NCBI GenBank assembly: GCA_965216465.1
Contig: CBDCFW010000006.1
Coordinates: 224,001 to 288,000, forward strand
Direction: 5' to 3'
Length of the DNA stretch: 64,000 nucleotides
Source: Bacteroidia bacterium
GTDB taxonomy: Bacteria > Bacteroidota > Bacteroidia > NS11-12g > UBA9320
Below the pieces are notes generated by a model. It did no database searches. It saw nothing but the letters and a program-made list of their open reading frames with translations, and was not told the origin of the DNA. Position 1 is the first letter of the stretch, and every line of letters begins with the position of its first letter. Made by a program: the position numbers and the translations under genes. Positions 27,905 to 36,154 of this stretch are shown here, piece by piece.

Positions 27905-29187
27905 GCATTTGGACCGACATATCAACCTTCTTTTCTTCAGAAAATTACAACCTCTTTGTAATCAGCATCGGTTCAGGGATTTTGTGTTTTGCAGCTGGGG
28001 TCGTTGGCACCTATACGTACTTGAGAAAAAGAGCTCTTATTGGAGACGTAATTTCACATTCGGTTTTACCCGGCGTCGCGGTTGCCTTTATGTTAAGTGG
28101 GGTTAAAAACCCAGTATACTTTTTAATTGGAGCTATCATTTCGGGCTTACTATCAATAGGCATTGTAGATTATGTTCAAGCACGTTCGAAACTCAAGCCT
28201 GACACTATTTTAGCTTTGACGCTAAGCGTGTTTTTTGGTGTCGGAATTGTCTTATTAACTAAAATTCAGCATTCGGGCAATGCTGCACAAAGTGGCTTAG
28301 ATAGTTTTCTCTTTGGGAAAGCTGCTTCCATGAGCTTACTTGACGTGAAGGTATTTAGCGTTATTGCAATTCTGAACATTGCGTGCATAGCCATTTTGAA
28401 AAGAGGGTTTAACTTAATAAGCTTTGACGAATACTACGCCAAAAGCCTAGGGTTTAAAGTCCCATGGCTAAAGTCATTACTAGCATTGCTCACAGTAGTA
28501 ACGGTAGCAATTGGGGTGCAGGCAGTAGGTGTTGTGCTCATGGCTGCACTGCTAATAACGCCTGCCGCTGGAGCTAGATACTTGACAAATTCTATAACCA
28601 AAATGCTGGCTTATTCTGGCATTTTTGGATTTGCGAGCGGCTGGATTGGCGTTTTCATTAGCTACACTGGCTCTGGTATGCCAACCGGACCGTGGATTGT
28701 TGTAGTTCTATCAGCATTTACCCTCGTGGCCTTACTTTTTGGAAAACGCAGAGGAGTGTTTGCACGTATGCGATTACGCCAAGCCAACAATATAAAAATC
28801 AACAACGAAAATGTGCTAAAAGACATCTATAAACTGTCTGAAAATGGCACAAAGACCATCACATTTCAAGAGTTGATGGAAAAGGAAAAATACCCCAACA
28901 ATATGTTGAAAGTGGTACTTAAGCGGCTTGAAAAGCAAGATTTCGTAGACCTTATTCGAGGTATGGTTGTGCTTAACGCAAAAGGAAATTTAGCCGCCAG
29001 AGAAGTGGTTAGAAAACACCGATTGTGGGAGATTTATTTATCAAAATACTTTCAACTTGAGTCCGACCATTTGCATGATGATGCGGAAGGAATAGAACAC
29101 ATTATTACTCCAGAAATAGAGAAAGAACTTATACAATTATTAGAACATCCTGACAAGGATCCACACGAAAGCGAGATTCCATACTAA
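27901..29187 (+). CDS. Metal ABC permease fused to a C-terminal DtxR/MntR-like repressor domain
   Basis: Permease motifs ALIGDVISHSVLPG, FLFG, SFD..YA and VGVVLMAALL. The last ~125 aa carry an HTH (ENVLKDIY...LKRLEKQD) and VVRKHRLWEIYL...HDDAEGIEH...DPHESEIP. Confidence 0.88.
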   Translation: MSIWTDISTFFSSENYNLFVISIGSGILCFAAGVVGTYTYLRKRALIGDVISHSVLPGVAVAFMLSGVKNPVYFLIGAIISGLLSIGIVDYVQARSKLKPDTILALTLSVFFGVGIVLLTKIQHSGNAAQSGLDSFLFGKAASMSLLDVKVFSVIAILNIACIAILKRGFNLISFDEYYAKSLGFKVPWLKSLLALLTVVTVAIGVQAVGVVLMAALLITPAAGARYLTNSITKMLAYSGIFGFASGWIGVFISYTGSGMPTGPWIVVVLSAFTLVALLFGKRRGVFARMRLRQANNIKINNENVLKDIYKLSENGTKTITFQELMEKEKYPNNMLKVVLKRLEKQDFVDLIRGMVVLNAKGNLAAREVVRKHRLWEIYLSKYFQLESDHLHDDAEGIEHIITPEIEKELIQLLEHPDKDPHESEIPY

Positions 29188-29191
29188 GAAA

Positions 29192-30052
29192 ATGAATGAT
29201 TTTTACATCATATTAACAGCGAGTTTAGTGGCAATCAATTGTGCATTGATGGGTAGCTTTTTAGTAATGCGTAGAATGGTAATGCTTGGAGATGCAATCT
29301 CTCATGCCGTATTGCCAGGAATATTTGTGGCTTACCTACTTGCAGGAAGTACCGGCAGCTTACCGATGCTAATTGGAGCAGCATTTAGCGGAATATTAGC
29401 AACGTTACTTATCGAATGGTTTACCAAAAAAGCAAGAATGCAAAGTGATGCAGCCATTGGCGTGTCTTATACATTTTTGTTTGCAGTTGGAATAATTCTA
29501 ATATCCAAGTTTGGCCAAAACGCAGACCTTGACCAGCAATGTGTTCTGTATGGCGAAATTGAATACGTTTCACTTTGGCTCAAACCTATTTTTGGACTAT
29601 TCTACCTTCCCAAACAATCGATAATACTTTTGACTGTTTGTGTGGTTTTAATCGCAGTTGTTATCTGGGGGTTTAAAGGTCTGTTTATAACGACTTTCGA
29701 CCCGAGTTATGCCATCTCCACAGGGGTTGCAGTAACTTTCTGGCACTACTTATTGATGAGCGGGGTCTCGCTTACAACTGTTGTATCTTTTGAGTCAGTT
29801 GGTGCTATTCTAGTTATTGCATTTCTCTCAGGACCTCCTGCAATTGCCTACTTGCTTACTGAAGATTTTAAGAAAATGCTGGTACTGGCTTGTCTCATTG
29901 GAATTTTCTGCTCAGCTGGAGGCTATTATCTCGCAAAATGGCTCGATGTTTCGGTTGCTGGAGCGATCTCAACATTTATTGGAATAGTTTTCGTTGTTGC
30001 ATTTCTATTTACTCAACTGAAAAAACGTAAAGTAGATGTAATTTCTGCCTAA
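29192..30052 (+). CDS. troD: Metal ABC permease (TroD-like)
   Basis: MLGDAISHAVLPG, DLDQQCVLYGEI, TFDP.YA and FESVGAILVIA. Confidence 0.88.
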   Translation: MNDFYIILTASLVAINCALMGSFLVMRRMVMLGDAISHAVLPGIFVAYLLAGSTGSLPMLIGAAFSGILATLLIEWFTKKARMQSDAAIGVSYTFLFAVGIILISKFGQNADLDQQCVLYGEIEYVSLWLKPIFGLFYLPKQSIILLTVCVVLIAVVIWGFKGLFITTFDPSYAISTGVAVTFWHYLLMSGVSLTTVVSFESVGAILVIAFLSGPPAIAYLLTEDFKKMLVLACLIGIFCSAGGYYLAKWLDVSVAGAISTFIGIVFVVAFLFTQLKKRKVDVISA

Positions 30053-30129
30053 AATTATTGTCACGAATCTCCAATTGTTCAAAGAAAATCGGCTTATCAA
30101 CGTATCATTGTATTGAGTAATTCTCCCTC

Positions 30130-31998
30130 TTGTTTCGCCTAAAAACCATATTAACAGCAATTGGACTTTTCTTGTGTCAACTTTCATCAGCACAAGATAG
30201 TAGTGCATTTTTTAGTTTTGACCGTCTAGACTTAGATGCGATTAACGCACAAAACTTAAACGATGTGCTCAAGACCATCCCTATGTTAAACACTGTATTT
30301 GTTGATGGATGGGATGCCAACTCTGGCGGAATAGCCATTCAATCAATTAGCCTATATCGTGATGGATTTCCATTAGCGATGGATCAGAACATCTCATTCG
30401 ATTACACTACAATTGGACTTTGGGACATTGAAAGGATTGAAGTTAGTATAACCAAAATCAATACTATAGAAAAAAACAACAATGGTGTAATTATCGAGCT
30501 GTACTCGCAAGAACAAGGCACCGAACCCCTACGTGTTTCGGCCGTGTCTTCAATGACGTCGCTGGTTGACAATTACACCAACGCATCAGTATCTGTAAGC
30601 AATGCTCGACACAATTTAATGATTGGCGGAAATCGTGCATTCACATCGGCATTGGAAAATGAATCATCGCGCGAAGACATCATGGGTGCGAAACTGAGGC
30701 AAGAGCTCAACCTCAGATACAGTTACAACATACTTTCAACTGTAAAACTGAATATACACTCAACCAATGCGTGGCAAACCAATGAAAACAGAGGTGAACA
30801 AATTGAAGGTACAACTCGGGTCATTGACCAAAGTACTAATTTTAGAATGAACACACTATACGGTTCGGTAGTTAGTGCTCTTTCAAAAAACCACAACTTT
30901 GAATTAAAGGGCAAGTTCAATCACTACAGCAACAGTCGAGCTACAATTGACCGCGATCTTCATTCGCAAAGAGAAGAAGTCAGGTCAGGTTTTGCCCCTT
31001 TAGACACTTTAGCGTACAATCAGGTTTTTATGCAACTTGCACTTAAAGGCCAATTGTCGAATTATGGCTATAATGTTGGAATTGACATAAGCAATTTAAG
31101 AGATAGACGCTATCCGAGTATAAATGCAATTCAAACCTCATATTCTGATTATTCTGTTTTTGGACTTTTTAACTACCAATACAAAAAATCATTTCAAGTT
31201 GAGGCTGGAGCTAAATTATTAAGCAATAGTTTAACGGGAAATTTCTTTCTTCCTCAAGCGAAGTTAATTATCGCTCCAAATAATATAATTCAATTAAAGA
31301 GTGCATTCTTGACATCGATTTCTTATCCATTCTTTAACTACACCTTCTATCCTCAGAACATTGCCGGTTTACACGGCAACAACATTTTGCTTGAACCCAT
31401 CAAACTGTCATCGTTCAATCTTCAAATTGATATCAAAAAGAATGACTTTTATTTCAAATCTGGATTCTTAGCCAGCCAACAAAACAACATCCCTAAAATT
31501 AACAATTTCAATGTGCCTATTAATGTGGCTAAAAGCACTAGCAACATGGCGTATTTTGGATTTGAATTTTTACGAAATGAAAGCAAGTATAGACCGAGTT
31601 TTGTATTGCATAGTATCAATCCTTCAAGAGATACCATTAACCAATCCTTCTTCTATCCTGAATTCAATTTACATGTAAGTCATGAATTTAAGAAACTGGG
31701 TGTTAATGCAATCCTGAATTCGAGATGGTTAGGGAAATATAGCAGCTTGCAAGTAAGCAATATTGCAATTCTACATGAATTAGAGACTCAACCTATCGTG
31801 AATTTTGCTGTAGCTAAACAGTTGTTTAAAAACAGGGTGAACTTGATGGCAGGTATTAACGACTTATTGGATGTGAATGTTTTAGAGAGAGCAACATTTG
31901 CCCTAGATGAATTTAATAAAACACTAATTAGAAATTCAAGCGTTTATAATGGTAGAGGCCGCTATTATTTTGTTAGAATTAAAATAGATATTCGATGA
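30130..31998 (+). CDS. Divergent TonB-dependent receptor-like outer-membrane protein
   Basis: Signal peptide; plug-like start (AQNLNDVL..IP, DG.P, DIERIEV, GVI); amphipathic beta-strand pattern; C-terminal GINDLLDV...GRYYFVRI. Overlaps the HmuY-like gene. Confidence 0.62.
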   Translation: MFRLKTILTAIGLFLCQLSSAQDSSAFFSFDRLDLDAINAQNLNDVLKTIPMLNTVFVDGWDANSGGIAIQSISLYRDGFPLAMDQNISFDYTTIGLWDIERIEVSITKINTIEKNNNGVIIELYSQEQGTEPLRVSAVSSMTSLVDNYTNASVSVSNARHNLMIGGNRAFTSALENESSREDIMGAKLRQELNLRYSYNILSTVKLNIHSTNAWQTNENRGEQIEGTTRVIDQSTNFRMNTLYGSVVSALSKNHNFELKGKFNHYSNSRATIDRDLHSQREEVRSGFAPLDTLAYNQVFMQLALKGQLSNYGYNVGIDISNLRDRRYPSINAIQTSYSDYSVFGLFNYQYKKSFQVEAGAKLLSNSLTGNFFLPQAKLIIAPNNIIQLKSAFLTSISYPFFNYTFYPQNIAGLHGNNILLEPIKLSSFNLQIDIKKNDFYFKSGFLASQQNNIPKINNFNVPINVAKSTSNMAYFGFEFLRNESKYRPSFVLHSINPSRDTINQSFFYPEFNLHVSHEFKKLGVNAILNSRWLGKYSSLQVSNIAILHELETQPIVNFAVAKQLFKNRVNLMAGINDLLDVNVLERATFALDEFNKTLIRNSSVYNGRGRYYFVRIKIDIR

Positions 31999-32996
31999 GG
32001 TACTGGATAGTTATATTAATCACAATATTGATTGCTGGGTGTTTTAAGGAAGACAATCGAATTCCGCCATCACCTACAAATAACATCAGCTTGCACAACG
32101 ATTTTGAGCATAATCAATTTGTATACCTGAGCCTTAACAACAATCTGCAGATTAAAGATAACGCTGACAACAAATGGCACCTACGCTTTCAAAACGAAGA
32201 ACGTGGCTGGAATATCTATGTTAACCCACTCGAGCGCACCACAGTTTCTAAGACTTCAATCACAGACTTTGAATCAATTGACCTTTCGTTTAATGTTGCG
32301 AATTTGGAATGGCAAACTGATGCTCCTACCCACTTGGGCATAAATCCTGCAATTGGAGAATGGGGTGACTTTTCTTATAACACCCCAAAATCTTTTAAAA
32401 ATGTATACATACTTAGGGTTAAAAACGACATCAGTGCTCGATTCTATAAACTTCAAATTCTTGACGCAGGGCTTAATCAATATACCTTAAGATATGGAAC
32501 CCTTAATGGCGACATTGACACGGTAATTAACGTAATTAAAGATCCAATTTTTAAGCACTCATTCTTAGAAATAGATAGCATCCCGTTTCAGAAATTTATT
32601 GAACCAGCTATTGACCAATGGAATCTATGCCTAACCTATATTACCGATTCAATTGCTAGAAATGGAGACCATCCGCACATACCGACGATAAATGAGTACT
32701 ATGGTGTGTATAGTACATTCTTGTTGAATCATAGCTACAATGAAATTACAATAGATAGCTCTCATGAGTACAACGACATTGATTTTTTCTTAGCTCGAAA
32801 ATTGGAATATCAGAAAATAGAGCAATTGAACAACTATCTCATTTCATGGGATGAAGAAGAAAATAAACCAACGATTAATGACAAGGTAACTCTGATCATT
32901 AAAAACAATGACTCCTACTATGCAATCAAAGCCACCCAAATTGTCGGGAATTATCCATTCCAATTTGATTTGGGTTTTAAAATCAAAAAGCTTTAG
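31995..32996 (+). CDS. HmuY-like surface lipoprotein (probably two HmuY-type units)
   Basis: Lipobox IAGC followed by FKED. Motifs WHLRF, AIGEW, VYIL, FYKLQI, EP..DQWNL and YYAIK resemble HmuY-family proteins. Confidence 0.6.
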   Translation: MRYWIVILITILIAGCFKEDNRIPPSPTNNISLHNDFEHNQFVYLSLNNNLQIKDNADNKWHLRFQNEERGWNIYVNPLERTTVSKTSITDFESIDLSFNVANLEWQTDAPTHLGINPAIGEWGDFSYNTPKSFKNVYILRVKNDISARFYKLQILDAGLNQYTLRYGTLNGDIDTVINVIKDPIFKHSFLEIDSIPFQKFIEPAIDQWNLCLTYITDSIARNGDHPHIPTINEYYGVYSTFLLNHSYNEITIDSSHEYNDIDFFLARKLEYQKIEQLNNYLISWDEEENKPTINDKVTLIIKNNDSYYAIKATQIVGNYPFQFDLGFKIKKL

Positions 32997-34318
32997 CCGA
33001 TAAACGAGAAATCTGCTCCGTCAAACTTTCCAGAGCTCATGAGTAGGATATTGTCACCTTGGTCAAACGCTTGTTTGACAAGTTGCTCAATAGTCTTGAC
33101 CTTGGTAACCACCTTTACATTTCCGAAGCAAGAACGCACGTAATCTTCTGAAAGTGGTTCCATTTTTTTATGCTCAAACACAGCAGCATTATAAAATACA
33201 ATTGCTTCGTTTGCACCATTCATTGCATCTTTATACAGAGGAAGAAAATCCTTGTTTAAACTGCTAAACGTATGCAATTCAAAAAGTGCAAACAGGTTAT
33301 TCTCGTATGTTTCTTGAACAGCATTTACCGTAGCTTTTAGTTTAGAAGGAGAATGTGCAAAATCTCGGTAAGCAACTTGACCGTCTGCATCAAAAATTTT
33401 CTCCATTCGTCGACCTGCACCATCAAAAGAAGCAATTGCCGTAAAGAAATCGTGTCTCGTTATTCCTAGCTGTTCACATACCAAAGAAGCGGCTTCGAGG
33501 TTTTGGAGATTGTGCTTGCCTACCACATTCAACTCATATTCTTTGCCTTCGCTTTCAAGTGTGACCTGACCGTCATTAACTTCATGTGATGGTGTAACAT
33601 AAGCTTGGTTATTCACAGAAGTAGATTTCGCAATTTTTTCTAAATATTCGTCGCCCTCAAACCAAAAATACACTCCTTCTGGTTCGTGGGTTTCTACAAA
33701 TATCTTGAACGTATCTACATAAGAATCGAACGTTGGAAAGACGTTTATATGATCATATGCAATTCCTGTGATGATGGAAACATGAGGGTGATACCAAACA
33801 AATTTTGAGCGAAGATCCATTGGTGAAGATAAATATTCATCGCCTTCTATAATGATCAAGGGAGCATCGGATAACTGAACAGATAAATCCAAACCTTCAA
33901 TTGAAGAACCCACTAAATAATCAAATTCAAAATTTAATTTTTTAAGAACATGAATAATCATTGCTGTGGTGGTAGTTTTTCCGTGACTTCCTGCCACAAC
34001 AACCCGCTTTTTATCCTTACACTCGTTTGCAACAAACTCTGGAAAAGACATGATTTTTAAGTTAAGTTCTTTGGCCTTAGCTAGCTCTGGATTATCAGCA
34101 CGAGCATGCATTCCTAGAATAACAACATCTATATCAGCGGTGATATTATCAGCGTTCCACCCTACTTCCGGCAATAACCCTTCTCGGTCAAGATTTGATC
34201 GTGCAGGATCGTAAATAGCATCGTCGCTTCCAGTTACTTGATAGCCTTTTCTGTGTAACGCAAGTGCCATATTGTGCATTATAGCACCTCCAATTGCAAT
34301 TAAATGTACTTTCTTCAA
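32993..34318 (-). CDS. mpl: Murein peptide ligase (Mpl, MurC-like)
   Basis: HLIAIGGAIMHNMA, VTGSD, LGMHA..DNPE, GSHGKTTTT, EGDEY, DHINVF, DFAHSPSK and MSSG. Confidence 0.82.
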   Translation of the reverse strand: MKKVHLIAIGGAIMHNMALALHRKGYQVTGSDDAIYDPARSNLDREGLLPEVGWNADNITADIDVVILGMHARADNPELAKAKELNLKIMSFPEFVANECKDKKRVVVAGSHGKTTTTAMIIHVLKKLNFEFDYLVGSSIEGLDLSVQLSDAPLIIIEGDEYLSSPMDLRSKFVWYHPHVSIITGIAYDHINVFPTFDSYVDTFKIFVETHEPEGVYFWFEGDEYLEKIAKSTSVNNQAYVTPSHEVNDGQVTLESEGKEYELNVVGKHNLQNLEAASLVCEQLGITRHDFFTAIASFDGAGRRMEKIFDADGQVAYRDFAHSPSKLKATVNAVQETYENNLFALFELHTFSSLNKDFLPLYKDAMNGANEAIVFYNAAVFEHKKMEPLSEDYVRSCFGNVKVVTKVKTIEQLVKQAFDQGDNILLMSSGKFDGADFSFIG

Positions 34319-34365
34319 TACTTAAATATTACTTTTATCGTTATACGAAAATAAATTCTAACCGT

Positions 34366-34587
34366 ATGCAAAAAATAGTATTTGTAGGCATCATCCTTAT
34401 CATTGGCTTATTTAGTTTACAATATGTAGTTTCAGGCTACTATACGGCCAAGTTTGAGTCGGAGTCACTTCCTGCAAATAATTTTGCAACCCAAACCAAT
34501 GACAGACCCATAAAACAAGTTGTATATCTTACAGCTCAAGACTCTGTTATTTTTATCATTCCAGAAGAGGAATTCAAGAAACTCTAA
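34366..34587 (+). CDS. Small hypothetical membrane-anchored protein
   Basis: ATG 34366; MQKIVFVGIILIIGLFSL hydrophobic segment; 73 aa. Confidence 0.5.
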   Translation: MQKIVFVGIILIIGLFSLQYVVSGYYTAKFESESLPANNFATQTNDRPIKQVVYLTAQDSVIFIIPEEEFKKL

Positions 34588-34629
34588 AATCGACTGCAAC
34601 AAAGTGAGATAAAACTTACTTTTGTTCCA

Positions 34630-35550
34630 ATGATTTCCATTATCCTTCCTGTTTACAACGAAGAATCGGGATTAGCTGATTTTATACAAGATCTAGAACA
34701 AGAGTTAGGAATGCTCGATCGGTCTTACGAAATTATCATGGTAAACGATGGGAGTTCTGACCAATCTCTTGAAATTATAAAACAAATTTGCTCGAAAAAC
34801 GAAGCTTATAAGTATATAGACCTTAGTCGAAATTTTGGTCACCAGATTGCAGTTTCTGCTGGTATTGATTATGCAAAAGGAGATTTGGTTGTGCTTATGG
34901 ACAGCGACGGGCAAGATCCACCTGCAGTAATTGGCCAAATGCTCAATAAAATTGAAGAAGGCCACGACGTTGTTTACGCCAAAAGAGTAAAGCGCGAGGA
35001 TGAATCTTTTGTAAAAAAGGCAACCGCCAGTATGTTTTACAAGCTACTTAACAAGATTACATCAATAGAAATTCCTGTAGACACCGGTGATTTTAGAGTG
35101 ATGAACAGAAAAGTGGTAAACGCCCTCAAACAAATGCCCGAAAAGCAACGTTATTTAAGAGGTCAAATCGCATGGTTAGGTTACAGACAGAGCTATGTTG
35201 AATATGAGCGGTTAGGGCGAAATGCTGGAGACACGAAATACACCTATCGGAAGATGTTCAGATTGGCACTGGATGCCATCACTTCATTCTCTAACTGGCC
35301 ATTAAGACTTGCGACTATATCAGGATTTGTTTGTGCCTTTATCGGATTGATACTAATCTTATATACGCTATATGCTCGATTTGTACTTAAGCAATATGAG
35401 CCTGGATGGCCATCACTAATGATTACCATTGTATTCCTTGGAGGGATTCAATTGTTAGGGATTGGGATGATTGGAGAATACATCAGTCGGATTAACGACA
35501 ATGTGAAGAATAGACCACTTTACCTCATTGGGGAAACAAATATTGAGTAA
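34630..35550 (+). CDS. GT2 polyprenol-phosphate glycosyltransferase (GtrB/YkoT-like)
   Basis: PVYNEE, VNDGSSD, SRNFGHQ, MDSDGQDPP, GDFR, two C-terminal TMs and GEYI.RI...K.RP.Y. Confidence 0.92.
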   Translation: MISIILPVYNEESGLADFIQDLEQELGMLDRSYEIIMVNDGSSDQSLEIIKQICSKNEAYKYIDLSRNFGHQIAVSAGIDYAKGDLVVLMDSDGQDPPAVIGQMLNKIEEGHDVVYAKRVKREDESFVKKATASMFYKLLNKITSIEIPVDTGDFRVMNRKVVNALKQMPEKQRYLRGQIAWLGYRQSYVEYERLGRNAGDTKYTYRKMFRLALDAITSFSNWPLRLATISGFVCAFIGLILILYTLYARFVLKQYEPGWPSLMITIVFLGGIQLLGIGMIGEYISRINDNVKNRPLYLIGETNIE

Positions 35551-36113
35551 TGCATTTAATTGAACCATTTTATCTGTGGCGTGACATTTATAATTCGGAG
35601 CAAGATCCGCACGCCCTAAATTATGGTACAGAATACTCTGAATTTCATTTCACAAACAAAATTTACAACTACTTGATTCACCCGCAATGGGATAGTTTTG
35701 GTAGTGAGACCTTGTTCTATAAGCAACTCTTTGTTGACTACGACAAATCATTTTGTGTTATAGAGTTAATTGGAGAATGGAACGATTGCATTTACAACGA
35801 CATTATGACCATGAAGTTTGAGCTCATAAATCCATTAATTGATCTTGGAATCACTGATTTCGTGTTGATCATGGAGAATGTGTTGAACTTTCACGGTGAC
35901 ATAGATGACTACTATGAAGAGTGGAAATCAGATATAGATGGCAACATTTACATGATTAACGCTCTCCCTCATGTTTTGGAAGAAATGAATGCTATTCGCA
36001 TACACCAATATGTGAATTTTGGAGGAATCTTAAACGAGATTGATTGGCGTTTGCAAAAGCCCCACAACTTACTCGAACACATCGAAGGAAAGTTTTTAGC
36101 AGAATATTTATAG
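35550..36113 (+). CDS. Hypothetical acidic cytoplasmic protein
   Basis: TAATG overlap with the GT2 stop; motifs YNYLIHPQWDSFGSETL and IELIGEWND. Confidence 0.75.
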   Translation: MHLIEPFYLWRDIYNSEQDPHALNYGTEYSEFHFTNKIYNYLIHPQWDSFGSETLFYKQLFVDYDKSFCVIELIGEWNDCIYNDIMTMKFELINPLIDLGITDFVLIMENVLNFHGDIDDYYEEWKSDIDGNIYMINALPHVLEEMNAIRIHQYVNFGGILNEIDWRLQKPHNLLEHIEGKFLAEYL

Positions 36114-36154
36114 GCAGTGAATAATATCGGCGTATATTTCGAGGTTTTAACGCT

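Noticed and set aside
23531-29187. Tryptophan-metal regulatory link between kynU and the YtgCR-like fusion, by analogy with Chlamydia
   Set aside because: The permease lacks the WWW motif and two unrelated genes intervene; proximity alone is not evidence.
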